Origin: Phoronis australis
Lineage: Eukaryota; Animalia; Phoronida
NCBI GenBank assembly: GCA_002633005.1
Contig: NMRA01000246.1
Coordinates: 363,856 to 427,855, forward strand
Reading direction: 5' to 3'
DNA length: 64,000 nucleotides
How positions within the stretch are numbered: the stretch's first letter is position 1; each line of letters opens with the position of its first letter. Of this stretch, positions 51,401-63,460 are shown one piece after another. A program made the position numbers and the translations under genes. The notes under the pieces are model-generated. The model did no database searches. It had not been told where the DNA came from and saw nothing but the letters and a program-made list of their open reading frames with translations.

Positions 51401-54400
51401 AGGCGCTGCTAGTGAACAGTGAGCTCTCGGCCACCATATAGTATTGGTCGAGCTTCGTTTGTACAATCACAGATTTCGTAATTAAGAATATACATAGTTG
51501 ACGGTCCATGTACAATAGTTTATGGTGCGACTTACCTGCACATGTGAAATCACATTTTCCAACCATACCAGAGTCGTCTCAAGTAAATGACACCTCAACT
51601 GTATTTCACACGCTGCCTCGCTTAATTTTATTACTTGGCACCAGAAGGCGAAAGCGCGCCCTAATTTTTATTTAAGTTAGGCGTCACTCCGAAGACCAAA
51701 AATTTACTGTGTTTATGAAATATGCGTATCTGAATTTTCGCTTTTGCTAGTCAATTTAGCCATAATTTTGGTCCAACTAAGACAAAACCTTGGTCTTTTA
51801 AGACTAAAGACCTAAGTTTTAAAAGGCCATTTTCACGGAACAGGACTGATAAAACTAGTGACACTGCTTTGAAATTTTCATGCACAGATTGTAAAGTGCT
51901 TGACTTATCAAAGAGTTATTAAACACCAAAAAAATTGTTACAGTAACTGATGCCAACAGCACGTGCTGTTATCAACACGTACATGTACATGTAAGTAATA
52001 TGAATTTGTGTATTGATATGCTTCCAAACATGTTTGAGATATATTCTGGCTCTCATGCATGCACAGGCAACCCCTACATGAACACTGATTTGAATTACAT
52101 GTATTTCAGTACTCCCAACCGACATGTTTGAGTGATAGAAATCTCTTTTTAGCTGAACAGAAGTGAAGTCTATCTTCCAGATCAAACTTGCCAGTTCTTG
52201 TTCATACTTCAAATTCCTGTGAAGAAGATGATTATATGTATACATATACATATGCATATTTATATTGATGTAATCCACGAAATCGTATCATATGTTAATG
52301 ATTTCCTAGATTAGTAACTGGTATTGTTAAAATTAATAACGATGTGTCTGGACAATGAAGGTAACCAGTTTTCGAATGAAAGCTGCACTAAACCCTGTTT
52401 CAACACAATTTATGTTCATAAGAAAGACAAAATCGACGAAGACCTTTTGAGGCAATAAAGGAATAGAGAAAAGAAACCGTAGAAGGGAAAACGATAAGGG
52501 AAATAAAGACATAAAATATGTAAGTTATATTCACCTGTGCACTGCAAATAATATCGAAAGAAGAATGAACGATATGCCTCCGAAGATTCCTCCCAGAATA
52601 TGCCACGTGTAATCGACGTCAGGGATGCATTTGTCTCCATGAAAACCACATTTAGGTTCGTCGACAGGTACCGTGTTATTTGGCCAAACGTCGATAACCT
52701 CGTGAAAACTCTATAATTACAAAATAATGCATAAGGTTGACTAAGTAGATTAATATAAACGTTAACACAGTTGTGGATTTAACATTTCAGTAGAAATCAG
52801 GAAACTGAGGTGAATGTTGACTTTCTTTTAAGCACAATATGTATTCCGATAACACATGTAGCTTTAACCTGCAAGCGCGGATGTAGCGTGGAAACCTTTT
52901 TGCAGACTGCTTGTTTATGCATATCATCATGCGCTACACCCACTTTAACTATCCACAGTGATAATTGATGGTTACTAACGCTCTTCTCTTGTAGATCCAC
53001 TGTGAACTGGCTTCAAATCACACGATATGCTAATGCAACTTTAAGAACAAGAGCTATGTAAAACGTTGAAATGCGCACAACCGCAGTGTAGACGCTACGC
53101 CTCTAGGGGTGCTTATTCGTACCGAGTAATAATATGAAAAATAAAGGTCCCTAGGCGGTGAAACATCATTTAAATGAAACGAGACGAGTGCTGTCGTCTA
53201 CTTGATAGAAACCCACATGTGTCTTTGCCAAATTTCGTGAACACCCGCCAACGAACTTGGTAGCTATTCATTCACGCACCCAGGGGAGGCTCAGGGGCTC
53301 GAACGAGCCCCCCCCCCCCATTTGGCGAAGTGGGCAAACAGGTCCACCTGCCCCTGAGAAACAAAAATCCGAGAAAAAGAGACAAAAGTCCATTAAACAA
53401 GCACAAACTCGCAATTCAATGTGGTACCCCAACCCCCCTTTTTTTAGTCTGCCCGCGTTTTTTGTTACAAAAAGGCCACAACGTCAAAAGAATTCGAGCC
53501 CCCCATATTAAAGGTTGAGTGCGCGCATGTTGTTGAGGAACGGGAAACACAGATTTACCACTAAGAGACGCCGATGTAGTTGCACCCGACCGAAAGTCTA
53601 CATCAGTCATGATCACCAGGAAGACATCTATAAAATTTCATATTCTTTAAATGCTTTGGTAGATAGATTGGCAGCTTTCAAAAAATAAGAATGGACATTA
53701 GGTGGTGCAAAATACGTTAAATCCTTACGAAAATAGGAATGAGTCACTGACTCACAAATAAAAACTTATTTGTCAAATTTCATGAAAATCGATCCATGAA
53801 CTTGGTACACCGAAAACAAGTTTAATATTGTAACTGGCGGCGCCGTATTTCAATCCATCCGAAAATCAACAACTGGCAGCCGTGTTAATCTCAAAGAGAC
53901 CTGCATATCAGTGAAATTTCATAATAGAAAACGCGAACGTTATTCGCTTACGGAAGATCAGTTGTCTCCACGACGTTGCCGTGCGTGTGACAAGACTGAA
54001 CGCGAAAATGTAGGTCAACATTGGGAAGTAGTCAGTAAGCAAAGAAGTTCACGTGTGGACCTTTTACTAAGTTTCAAGGTGTACGTTCAGAGAAATGAAT
54101 TGTGCATTCACCGAATTTTGGTAGTTCCTGCCTTTTTAGTGGATTTTTGTCTAGTGTTCTATTTTTCGAAGTTTTTGTGTCTTTGAGGTTGACCTCTTCG
54201 CCCACTTCACCAAATGGGGGCTCATTCGAGACCCCCGAGCCCCTCCCCCACCTGGGTGCGCGCATGGACCTGTAGCTGAAGCTGTAATACTTTCTCGAAC
54301 GGTTTGACGGATATAGAGGGGGCCTCCATAAACAGACGTAGGAAATTATAAAATGGTCGCTAGGGAGAGCAGATTACTTAGAATGCAGGAGGATGTCGTC

Positions 54401-57400
54401 TAAACCTCATTTGTCAAAGCTCATGAAAATCAGTCAGAGAACTCGCTTAGTACAGACGCTAACGTAGAAGATGAAAGCGCTCCGAGGAGCGAACCTTGGC
54501 GAAATTAACCAAAAAGATGACGATAAAGATGATGACGAAGATGACGAATATGACGAAGATGGTGGTGAGGATGAACAAAAGAAGTTAATAACATACACAT
54601 GACGAACGTAGGAGTCCGAAATCAGTAAGAAAAAGGCTAGTCTTGAGCGACACTTGGCGAAATTAAGGAAAAGACGGAGATGATGACGAAGATGATGACG
54701 ATGATGACGAATATGATGATGTTGGTGGCGATGATGAACAACATCACAACATTCACATGACGAATTTAGATGTCATAAATCATTAAGAAATAGGCTGCAG
54801 TCTAGTTCAATTGAAGCTAAACCAACCTGAATGCAGCAAGAGCGTTCAACAAAGGAACAGCGTTATCAGTAAATCTCAAATAACTCAAAAAGTAGACATC
54901 GTAGAGAAAAATGGAAAGCATCTCCTGAAAGCCCGAAACTAGCTACAGCGGTAGTAGAATCCGTTCAAAAATCGCTTGTGTCGTATCACTCGTAATAGGA
55001 ACATGTTTTCAAACCATCACGACTTTCCCTTAGCCGTAGCAACGGGCAGATGCCGGATGGACGGGTATGAATTGGTAATGCGCACCCCCCCCACACACGC
55101 ACGCTGGACGGACGGGAATGTCTTGATCACTTGATAATGCGCCCCCCCGTCACACACACACGCACGCATGCACACAAGCACATACATGTATGTAGAGGTT
55201 TATGGTTCGTGTATGTATGTTTGCATGGACAACAATGGAAAAGATCGTATACAAGTTATCCCACATACATTTGACTACTGCCTCCATATAATATCTCGAA
55301 TTCGTTTCATTTGGGAATGCCCAACAAGACCAAACGTCGAGATTGGACATTCCAAGATGAAATGAATTCGAATTAGTTCCCAGTGCGTCCGGTAAAATTT
55401 GCTGAAGGTTATATTTTTTTTAAAGCAGTAAACCTGCTTTTTCAGGAAAGACGACTTAGATCCTTGTTTTAGGTAGCTAAGTTGATCAAGCCCAATCAAA
55501 TTTGATGTCGTACTCACGACCACCAGGAGACTGTTCACCAACCGTAAAATACGAATTGGCTCTACTTTCCCGTATCCAATCCGTGACGTATTCCATGGTG
55601 TATTCCATGGTTGTATTCACGCATATGTGGGATTATTTATAAGTATATACATATATATGTGTGTGTGTATGTAAATATGTAGGCGTAGATATTTTGTCTG
55701 TCACGTACCGGGATACGACTAGCGACTTCTGGATTCAAGACAAAGTAGCCCACACTCTGAAGACCATAACCGGTGGTTGTGTTCCACTCTGGAACCAAAG
55801 CAAGGACGGAGAAGTTCCCTACCGAATCACCGTTTGTGTCTATATAGCTCAACGTCCCACGAATACCTAAAATAAATGTCATCCTGTTATCAGTCCATTT
55901 GGTTACCACCAAGGTATGTAGAGGAGCCAAATTGTACAAACTCATATAAAAGTTCAAAAAATCACGCCGCGGAGCAATTTTACTGCTTTTGTATGTTTTT
56001 AAACGACAAATTAAAGCTGCAGTAGTATAATCTCTGGAATGCCAACGTGTTCTTTTGATAACTCGTACATTACACTGGTTCTGGCACTCGTTCAATCGAG
56101 TGCGTTATACGAGAGCATTACATGCGAGTGTAATGCACTCACGTGGTAACGTACATGTACAAATATCTTACGTTGCATTAGAAAAGAGTGTAGAATACGT
56201 TCAGGTCTTACCAAGGCGGACTTTATAGCAGTAACTTCTTCTTTTGAAAATGGGTTCACTGCACTCGCTCATACGAGTGCAATTACCCTCGTGAATCCAG
56301 TAGTACAGTGGCGTAAGAAAATAACTGCATTCGACTGCTTGCTTTACGCCTAATGCAGTAGTATGAATGCATACAAGAACGCATTTTCAAAATGACACGT
56401 TGTGATACTATGAAATCCCCTACTTTACTGCAATTTGAGCGTATCAGCGATTTCCGGATTCAACCGTGCAGTATCAGCGACGGTTGCTAAGGACTCCTAT
56501 CAACGACGAGCAGACGAATGCATTTACCGCATTCTCAAAATAACAATCTGAGTTGCTGTGAAGTCCACCATTGACATTAAACAATAGTCTAAGCTTGCGT
56601 TCTTCAGCAACTATTACCAGATAGCGCTGACTGCGGTGTGGAACGAGTCTAGTCAATGCACTCATCATGAACTGTACACTTCATGTGCACTGCACTTGTC
56701 CTGGATGAGCGCAGTCCACTCTGAGGAACGAGTCCAATGAACACACTCCAATTTCACCAGCGTTCCGTCCAAGAAGCAAACTTTTAATGCAGACCAATTG
56801 CTGCTTTGGAATTGAGCTTGACTGGTTCCTTACTCAGATGAGAAGTAATATTCAGGCTTACTAGGAACTAAAACTTGTTTATTCCTCGAGACACTTCTCA
56901 GCGCACAAAATCACACTTTATGACAAACCGATTTGTGGAGCCTAGTCTCATGAAATAACAAACTGTTAATTTCGAAACCTTGGAATTATTTACAATTTGA
57001 CTATAGAACAATTTGAAGCCAATTTCACCGTGAGTGGTCGCAATCGAAAGTTGATTTTTGTGTTGTGAGACAAACGTAGCCGATTTAAGCTGTCCTAGAG
57101 CAACAGTAAGCACCTGCGCAACACAAAACCCTGCTAACAGTTGCTTCACCGTTGTTGTGTAAACCTTCCTTTTGATCAAGCGATAACTTAAAAGGATCCT
57201 ACACCGTGTCTTGGTTATTTCAACCAATTCTCGTTCTGCGCCCTGCTAATGAATAACTGATATTCCACTTGAGTGATAAAAGCAGTATTCAACTAACAGC
57301 ACTTAAAGTCCTTACCTCAAAGGGTTATTCTAGTTACAAAACTTGAAACGTATACCAAATTAAGTATTATGTAGCATAGTATAATGTTTACCCTTTTGAG

Positions 57401-60400
57401 CACAATTTTGTACCTCGGCCGAGATCAGAAAATCATTGACTTTTCCTGTCTATTTTCGTGGCCTAAGGTCCTTGGTATTAGTAAGGAAAGATTCTTGAAT
57501 GACGGCCATCATTGTCCTTGAAAACGTGTTGGTAACACCGTAAGCGTATACAAGCGTTGCACGGGTTTACCCAAACCGTTAGGGTCGGATTGTTACGAAA
57601 ATTTCAGGTCGGAAATGGAGCAAGCACTAGTAGATGCCTTTCTTAGGATAACCCTTGTAGTCAACCTTTTTGTGCCGCAAATCAGTCATAACAGACTGCA
57701 TGGACGGTCACGAACTTTTTTGCTTTTCGGTGCCACCAGACATGAGTCCAAATAACGAAAATGTCCCTGGAAGTTCATCTTGAAATTTTATCCAACTTCT
57801 GATGGTTGACGAGAGTTATAAAACATTGATTTGTTTTGGAGATCTGGCTAGGAAAGACGGTGTTGATATCCCGCAAAACCACCCGGGGCTTAATATCCTT
57901 TTTCATTTAAACTTGTTTTAACATTTTCATGAATAGCTTTATTAGTAAAAAATGATTTGATAAGATGAAAGGGGGTCCGGTAGATTATTTCAGTAATTTC
58001 TTAATTACTTGTGTAAACTTGATCTGTCAGTTTTGAAATGATGGCTTTTCCATCAGTTGGTGTTCCTCCCTCATTCACAACCTCATCTAAGGCGAGTGCG
58101 TAGAGTCGAAAGGCATCGTAGAGGTACGCTGCATACGGACCCAACTAAAACAAGAACTGGTCACATGAAAAGTGTAAATGGAAAGACCACGAAAATCTGC
58201 ATCTGTGGCTGTGTATTGAATGACCAGACCTTCCAGCAATAAACAAAATGCCGGTGACTTTCAGCATTCGAACAAGTACGAACGAACACAACAATCAAGT
58301 GTTACGTACGTATATTTAGTTATAAAGTGCTGTTCTTTGACTTACATGTATGCCCAGGAGACACTATAAAAGGGTCCATGGAGATATATATGTTCTAAGG
58401 CCATTGTTGCTTTGACGAGAAGAAATGTTTTCATTGTTTTCTCTAGAAATGACATCTGGTTAGTTAAAAAATCGATGGTACTAGATTGTTCTGAAAGGAT
58501 TTCCAAATCTACTTCAGAAAATCTGAAGCCAATTTACTGAATTAATGTTTCGGACTAGAAAACTATTCTTACCTCTGAAAATGTTCGTAAAAAGATTGGC
58601 AAACAAAATATAAAGAAGGGTGCATTGCATCCTTCATTTTGAGCTATCCTCTGCCATTCAGAGTAGGTTTTTGAGTCCTCGGGGCCCATTGTCATAAGCT
58701 GCAGGACATTACGGAAAGACATTACGGCTTCATAAGTCAGGTCCGCCTCCCGGTCTAAATCTGAAGGAGAAAACATTCAGTTAAGTAGCGACGGTTGTCC
58801 ATGCACGTGAAAGGTGGGTCCATTCAAGATCATTGTGTACACCAACATGGCCGAAAAATAGCTGAGCATAGACAATACCATCATTCATTATGTTGGAAAT
58901 GACACATTTCGGCTAACGATTTTGGAATGGCTATTGATGACCAGCTCACAACAGCTCACGATGGCTCCGTTTCTACAGAGTTGTGAGCTTCCTAACATGG
59001 TTTGCATTCATACTATTTTCTTGTATGCCCCTTTTCCCGTTGTTACGTGTATTTCACTGTTTATTTCGCTCCGTATGCTTTCAATCCACTTATTGCCTGA
59101 TGATACTAGTGTCTTAATTTGTTTGTTTGTTCTGTCTCTCACTGTTTTGATACATAGCTGCACACCTGAAGAAAGAAGATTGTTTCGACATTACGAGCGA
59201 CTCTGTATCAAGCTGTCAATCAAAAAGTTTAGTCGTGTTTTCAACGAAGTTTGGGTCAAGTGGCGGTGACATGTGAATAAAGTAGTCTGTTGATTCGCAG
59301 TCGCTTAGCTAGAGGTTATGCAATAGCATCCACAAGCGTTACAAAACTATCACAAATACAATAGATATCAAGACTACTGATACTTTTGAGACTGTAAATT
59401 TCCGGCAGAGCAAAAGTGTTTATTTCACTTCTCTAGTGATTCTGATTTCTGTGTAACAATTTATTTATTTCACAATATCTTGGACGAAATTGAGTGACAA
59501 AAGTCCGTGTGTGTGTGTGTGTGTGTGTGCTGAAAAGTCGCATTTAAAATTGACAGGTTGATCGCTTACCTTTTCGAATACCTTCATAGGGTGACAAGTT
59601 TTGGAACTTCGGATCTTTCATTCCTATGACGACGTATTCGTTTTTGGTAGTGTTAATAATACCCATGTCTTTCATTTGGCGTACAAAATCAATTAAGGCA
59701 TAGTCGTCGGTGAATAACACATACACTGTAAAGTATGAATATAAACGGTATTGATTAAATTGATAGAAAATCCAAATTCCGGTTGCAAATTATATACAAG
59801 GAGCGCGTACAAGTGTCTACCCAAATTCGACCAGCATAAACACAATGTTTTTTGGCCTCCAGACTATACACGGAGTAAAAAAAACATAAATTCTCAACTG
59901 AAAAAGGAAATAAGATATAAAGAATAATAACTAATTCAATAAAGAGAACTTTTAAGCCACGGCAATAAAAAATAAAGCAATTAGGAACTTGAGGCGCTGA
60001 TATACCCGCGTTCATCTCAGTGACCCATTGTGATCTATGTTAGCTTTTTATCTCAGTCCTTGAATGAAAACGTAAATAATTTTCACGGGCAAATGAGACG
60101 AATGTATGAATTTAAAGACTTACGAATATCATCTTTCACAAACGTTTTTCAAGCTATTGAATAGTTTGTCTACTTTGTGTGACATTCGTTTCTTTCCCCG
60201 TTGTCGTAAGCCGTTTGAAACTAACTTGCCTCTTGTGTTTTGGTACGTCCGCAGTACAACATCTTTCATTATGCCTGTGTAGTTGAGAACGCTTGGGCTG
60301 GTGAAATTCACGTGATCGTTTACTGTCATATTGTTCAACTCTGCTAACATTTTTAATCTTTTGGCAGCCCTCGCTTGCACTTGGTCGTCTTCGTTAACTA

Positions 60401-60530
60401 TTGTGAACTTCGTCCAATTGTAATGCTTCATTAGCGCAACAATGGATTTCGAAGCATCAATACTTGATGGGTTTGTTCGGGCAAATGTCGGAAACCTGGA
60501 TTTGTCGCTAACAGCGGGTTCATCACATTT
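36222..60530 (-). CDS. Receptor-type (membrane) guanylyl cyclase, NPR / speract receptor / Gyc76C-like; 17 exons traced, N-terminus not found in the window
   Basis: complement join of 60230-60530, 59570-59725, 58573-58760, 58009-58144, 55709-55866, 52535-52710, 52120(or 52099)-52216, 50187-50372, 48675-48851, 48060-48225, 45688-45837, 44733-44910, 41432-41572, 41063-41186, 39897-40140, 39022-39120, 38350-38441 and 36222-36596; phases all consistent. Motifs: FPTFART, YLYDA, TM helix, [59 protein letters not shown]. Confidence 0.95.
38350..38441 (-). CDS. rGC exon (cyclase)
   Basis: [31 protein letters not shown]. Confidence 0.9.
39022..39120 (-). CDS. rGC exon (cyclase catalytic core)
   Basis: [33 protein letters not shown]. 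Confidence 0.95.
39286..39705. repeat. MITE-like element with inverted sub-terminal repeats in an rGC intron
   Basis: TCGACTCGAAAATTGACCAATTG (~39305) versus CAATTGGTCAATTTTTGAGTCGA (~39657), 1 mismatch; internal CCAGGGT.TA.TCTC repeats. Confidence 0.55.
39897..40140 (-). CDS. rGC exon (cyclase)
   Basis: [16 protein letters not shown]...[18 protein letters not shown]...LRIGIHTG. Confidence 0.95.
41063..41186 (-). CDS. rGC exon (cyclase start)
   Basis: [41 protein letters not shown]. Confidence 0.93.
41432..41572 (-). CDS. rGC exon (coiled-coil dimerisation helix)
   Basis: [46 protein letters not shown]. Confidence 0.93.
44221..44288 (+). mobile_element. tRNA-derived SINE head / pseudo-tRNA
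   Basis: TGGTGTAGTGGTA (A box)...GACTTCGAGTC (degenerate B box). No intact cloverleaf. Confidence 0.45.
44733..44910 (-). CDS. rGC exon (kinase-homology C-lobe)
   Basis: [16 protein letters not shown]...[16 protein letters not shown]. Confidence 0.9.
45246..45610. repeat. ~360-bp imperfect (GAT/GTT/GGT)n microsatellite in an rGC intron
   Basis: Seen directly. Confidence 0.97.
45688..45837 (-). CDS. rGC exon (kinase-homology domain)
   Basis: [41 protein letters not shown]. Confidence 0.93.
48060..48225 (-). CDS. rGC exon (kinase-homology domain)
   Basis: [36 protein letters not shown]; pseudokinase HGNL replaces HRD. Confidence 0.95.
48675..48851 (-). CDS. rGC exon (kinase-homology domain)
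   Basis: [38 protein letters not shown]. Confidence 0.95.
50187..50372 (-). CDS. rGC exon (juxtamembrane / kinase-homology start)
   Basis: TPTTVPP...[32 protein letters not shown]. Confidence 0.88.
52120..52216 (-). CDS. rGC exon (juxtamembrane); donor at 52120 or alternatively 52099
   Basis: [20 protein letters not shown]; two phase-0 GT donors are possible. Confidence 0.82.
52535..52710 (-). CDS. rGC exon: juxtamembrane Cys hinge plus transmembrane helix
   Basis: [20 protein letters not shown]...[22 protein letters not shown]. Confidence 0.92.
53269..53529 (+). mobile_element. MITE, full-length copy of the CATGCGCGCACCCAG family
   Basis: CATTCACGCACCCAGG...GGTTGAGTGCGCGCATG termini; homologous to 2925, 31343 and 54266. 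Confidence 0.7.
54130..54266 (-). mobile_element. Inverted partial copy of the same MITE
   Basis: GCCCACTTCACCAAATGGGGGCTCATTCGAG...CCTGGGTGCGCGCATG. Confidence 0.65.
54496..54766. repeat. Two diverged ~115-bp direct repeats containing GAT/GAC microsatellite
   Basis: CTTGGCGAAATTAA...GATGACGAATATGA...GATGAACAA...CACATGACGAA at ~54496 and ~54652. Confidence 0.75.
55709..55866 (-). CDS. rGC exon (ectodomain)
   Basis: [24 protein letters not shown]...VGYF. Confidence 0.9.
58009..58144 (-). CDS. rGC exon (ectodomain)
   Basis: [36 protein letters not shown]. Confidence 0.92.
58573..58760 (-). CDS. rGC exon (ectodomain)
   Basis: [23 protein letters not shown]...APF; phases 1/0 fit both neighbours. 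Confidence 0.85.
59570..59725 (-). CDS. rGC exon (ectodomain)
   Basis: [24 protein letters not shown]...EYVVIG. Confidence 0.88.
60230..60530 (-). CDS. rGC exon (ANF-receptor ectodomain), followed by a GC donor
   Basis: [21 protein letters not shown]...[14 protein letters not shown]...TR. Confidence 0.92.
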
Positions 60531-62639
60531 CTGAAAACAAATGGCATAGACTTCATGTGTTTACAGTGAAGTATCTTCATGTTTGAGTGTCCAGGGAAAG
60601 CATTAAGGCGAAACGGTAGAAATACACCATATGCTCCACAGTCTTAGCTCGTGTAGACGATCGTTAAGAATACACGTGTAGTATGAAAAACAACAAACGT
60701 CAGTTGCCACGTTTCCCTCTTGTAAAAAAACAGTGTCGCGTTTGCAATAACGTTCGTACGACCCGGTGTCTTTGCTACGACCTGGCCACGACTTTTGATA
60801 AAATTGGTCCAATGGTTTAAAATGCAAAACTGCGTGTAACACATATTATGCAGTCTATAAACAATATCGGAACAGCGAAGCAAGTTCCGGTGGGAGAAAC
60901 CTTTGGAATTTTCAGCAAATTTGTCAGTGGTCAAACCGGGCCATGTAATTAGGAAGTTTGGGTCAACGTTGATACAAATCAATGACATCATACTTCATGC
61001 ATAAATTATGCTTTGTATTTATAAATCAGGCTTTATCGTCTTTATATCTGAAACGTACGAGTTTTTATAGTTTTCTTTTCGATATTTTCGATTTAAATTG
61101 TATTTGATCAGGTCATTGTATATACTCTATAATTTCAGAGGTTATTTACTCAAAATTGCCCGTGCCCAGATTCACGTGCATGTTAATTGCTACTACGATT
61201 TGTAGTTTGATTAAATCTGAAGATGTGCCAGTGATTAGTAGAATTGTGTACGGGGTTTCTATAGCAACAATAGTTGTGCATTAAGTACGCGAGGGTGCTG
61301 ACGCTGATGACGACGACTTTGTGACTTAGAAAGAAATCCTTTGCTTTCTGAAATTATATGGCCTCAGAAGTCACGGTTAAATGATAAATCACTATGCCGT
61401 AATACCATTCCTTCCTTTCTTAAGTGTTGCGTGATGTAGTGTGTCAGATCAAATTTAGGTTATAATTTTCGCTGACTGAGTGTAATCGCTCGGGTATTTT
61501 TTGTAAAATCGGTTACAGGTATCAAACCCGACCGTCGAAACGTTCTATTTTGCAATGACTCACCAGTAATATACTAGCTTCGCAAGGCCCACCATTTCCT
61601 ATATCTGCTCCTCCGATTGACACGTTGGGCCCATTCAGTCGGAAAGTGGTATGTCTTAAGATCAAAATGTCTTACTTCCGTTTCATGAAATTACTTAAGA
61701 CGAAAATTAAGACCGAAGCTGTGTAATCTAAGAACGAAAGTTGGCCTGCTAGGGAGTTTACTCAATACTAGACTTCGATCTAAATCAGCAAAATTTAAGG
61801 GAATTTTATCACCTAAAACGGTTGAGTAATAAATTTCGGTGAAGTTTTCATACTGTATTTATGTACACTGTATATCTAATGAACGTAAGAACCAAACATT
61901 CACAAATGACCCACAGAAACTTCCAGAAAATGCACGGTTAAAATCCCCCATTTGCCATCTGAGATGTTAGAAGGCTGACCACGGTAACTCATCCTACGTA
62001 ACAGCCATTCTAAGACAAAAGGAACCAAAAAATCACGCTAGGGTCATATTTCAGATTCACTTTAAACTTTGAGAATGTAACGATGCTGTGACTTGGATAA
62101 TAAAATCACGAATTTTTCATCTTATTGCTCTTTAACTTTTGACCTATAGGCCTTTAAAAATACTTTCGACAAATATGCCTCGTTTTTTGCATATGAAAAA
62201 CAACAATTTGCACGTATCAAAAAGAGTTACAGTGCATGCAATGAGAGGAAAGAATGCAGGTATTTAGAAGGACTCCCAAATAAAATTGCAATTAAAAATT
62301 TTGTACATTCTTCATGTGACACGGGAGAAAAATCTGAAGGCACTTTTTGAACAGTTCAAAATGAGTGTCACTCTAGTGATTCTTCAAGTAAAAATATAAA
62401 TGCAGGGATATGCACAATAAAAGAATTTCAAATAGATAGTTATTTGATGTGTGAACCAATTTATAAAATCTGTTGAATGCCCTATATTTTGCTAAAAATT
62501 ATCCCAATATCGCGCATTTTACACTATTTCAATATTTTTTTTGCAAATTCATAATGCTTTTTGAAGCAGAAATTATGAGTAATGATCTTCATTTTAGAGA
62601 CTGCAATGATGTCTGACATTTCACAAAATCCCTGGACAA

Positions 62640-63460
62640 TGTTCAGGTGACACTGGTTCTCGAATAGAAGCTTGTTCGACAAAATTCACGAAGTTTTGTC
62701 AAAAAGAGTTCGATGTAAAACCAACTTTGTAGAATATATTGGTGTTGTTTCTGTTCTAAGAAGATTTCAAAAACGTCTGCTTTAAAGTAAATTTAAAAGT
62801 GTTAATGTCTACTGTCCTTGCATGACTTTAGTAACTACTCACTTAAGGAAAGATTTGAAGGGTTGTAGACGTATTTGTTCAGCCTTTAATGACGTTAAGA
62901 AGTATAAATGGGAAATAGAGTTAGGAGATAGTTTAGATTGGAAGAAAATATATTCATTGCCTGATGAAATTACAAAGGATCACAATATTAGATGGTTCCA
63001 ATTTAGAATACTACACAGTATCATTGCAACAGATACCTTTTTAGTCAAAATCCGTGTTCGGGATTCTAATTTTTGTTCCTTTTGTAATAAAGGTCCAGAG
63101 ACGCTGTCGCACCTTTTTCGGGGAATGTCGCCTTGTACAAGATTTCTGGAAGGAATTCGGAAAGCTACTTCAAAAGTGTCTCATTCAGCTTCCCAACTGT
63201 CTCTCTTACGAACGTGTTATTCTTGGACTTTATGAGACGCGAGATTTTCTATTTAACATTTTGTTTCTACTAGCTAAACCAGTAAATTTACAAGGAGAGA
63301 TGTTACAAAAATATACCCAATTTTCAAAAAAGTTTGTTACATATACTTATGAGTACTATAATGCTGAAAATTAATTGCATATAAAAACTTTGCATATGAC
63401 AGCTTCTCTGTGAAATGGGGAAATTTTATTATTCCCGTTAACTCCATGCAGCAGTTGTTT
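62640..63460 (+). mobile_element. L1/Tx1-type LINE ORF2 C-terminal (zf-RVT) fragment, degenerate
   Basis: KWE....DWKKIY......D..IRWFQFRILHSIIAT...L.KI......CSFC....ETLSHLF(fs)EC..V..FW. Confidence 0.85.

Noticed and set aside
61555-61650. Candidate upstream rGC exon (GPTCQSE followed by a GTGAG donor)
   Set aside because: In-frame stop and no A..WN.PMISY motif; the real 5' exons probably lie beyond 64000.
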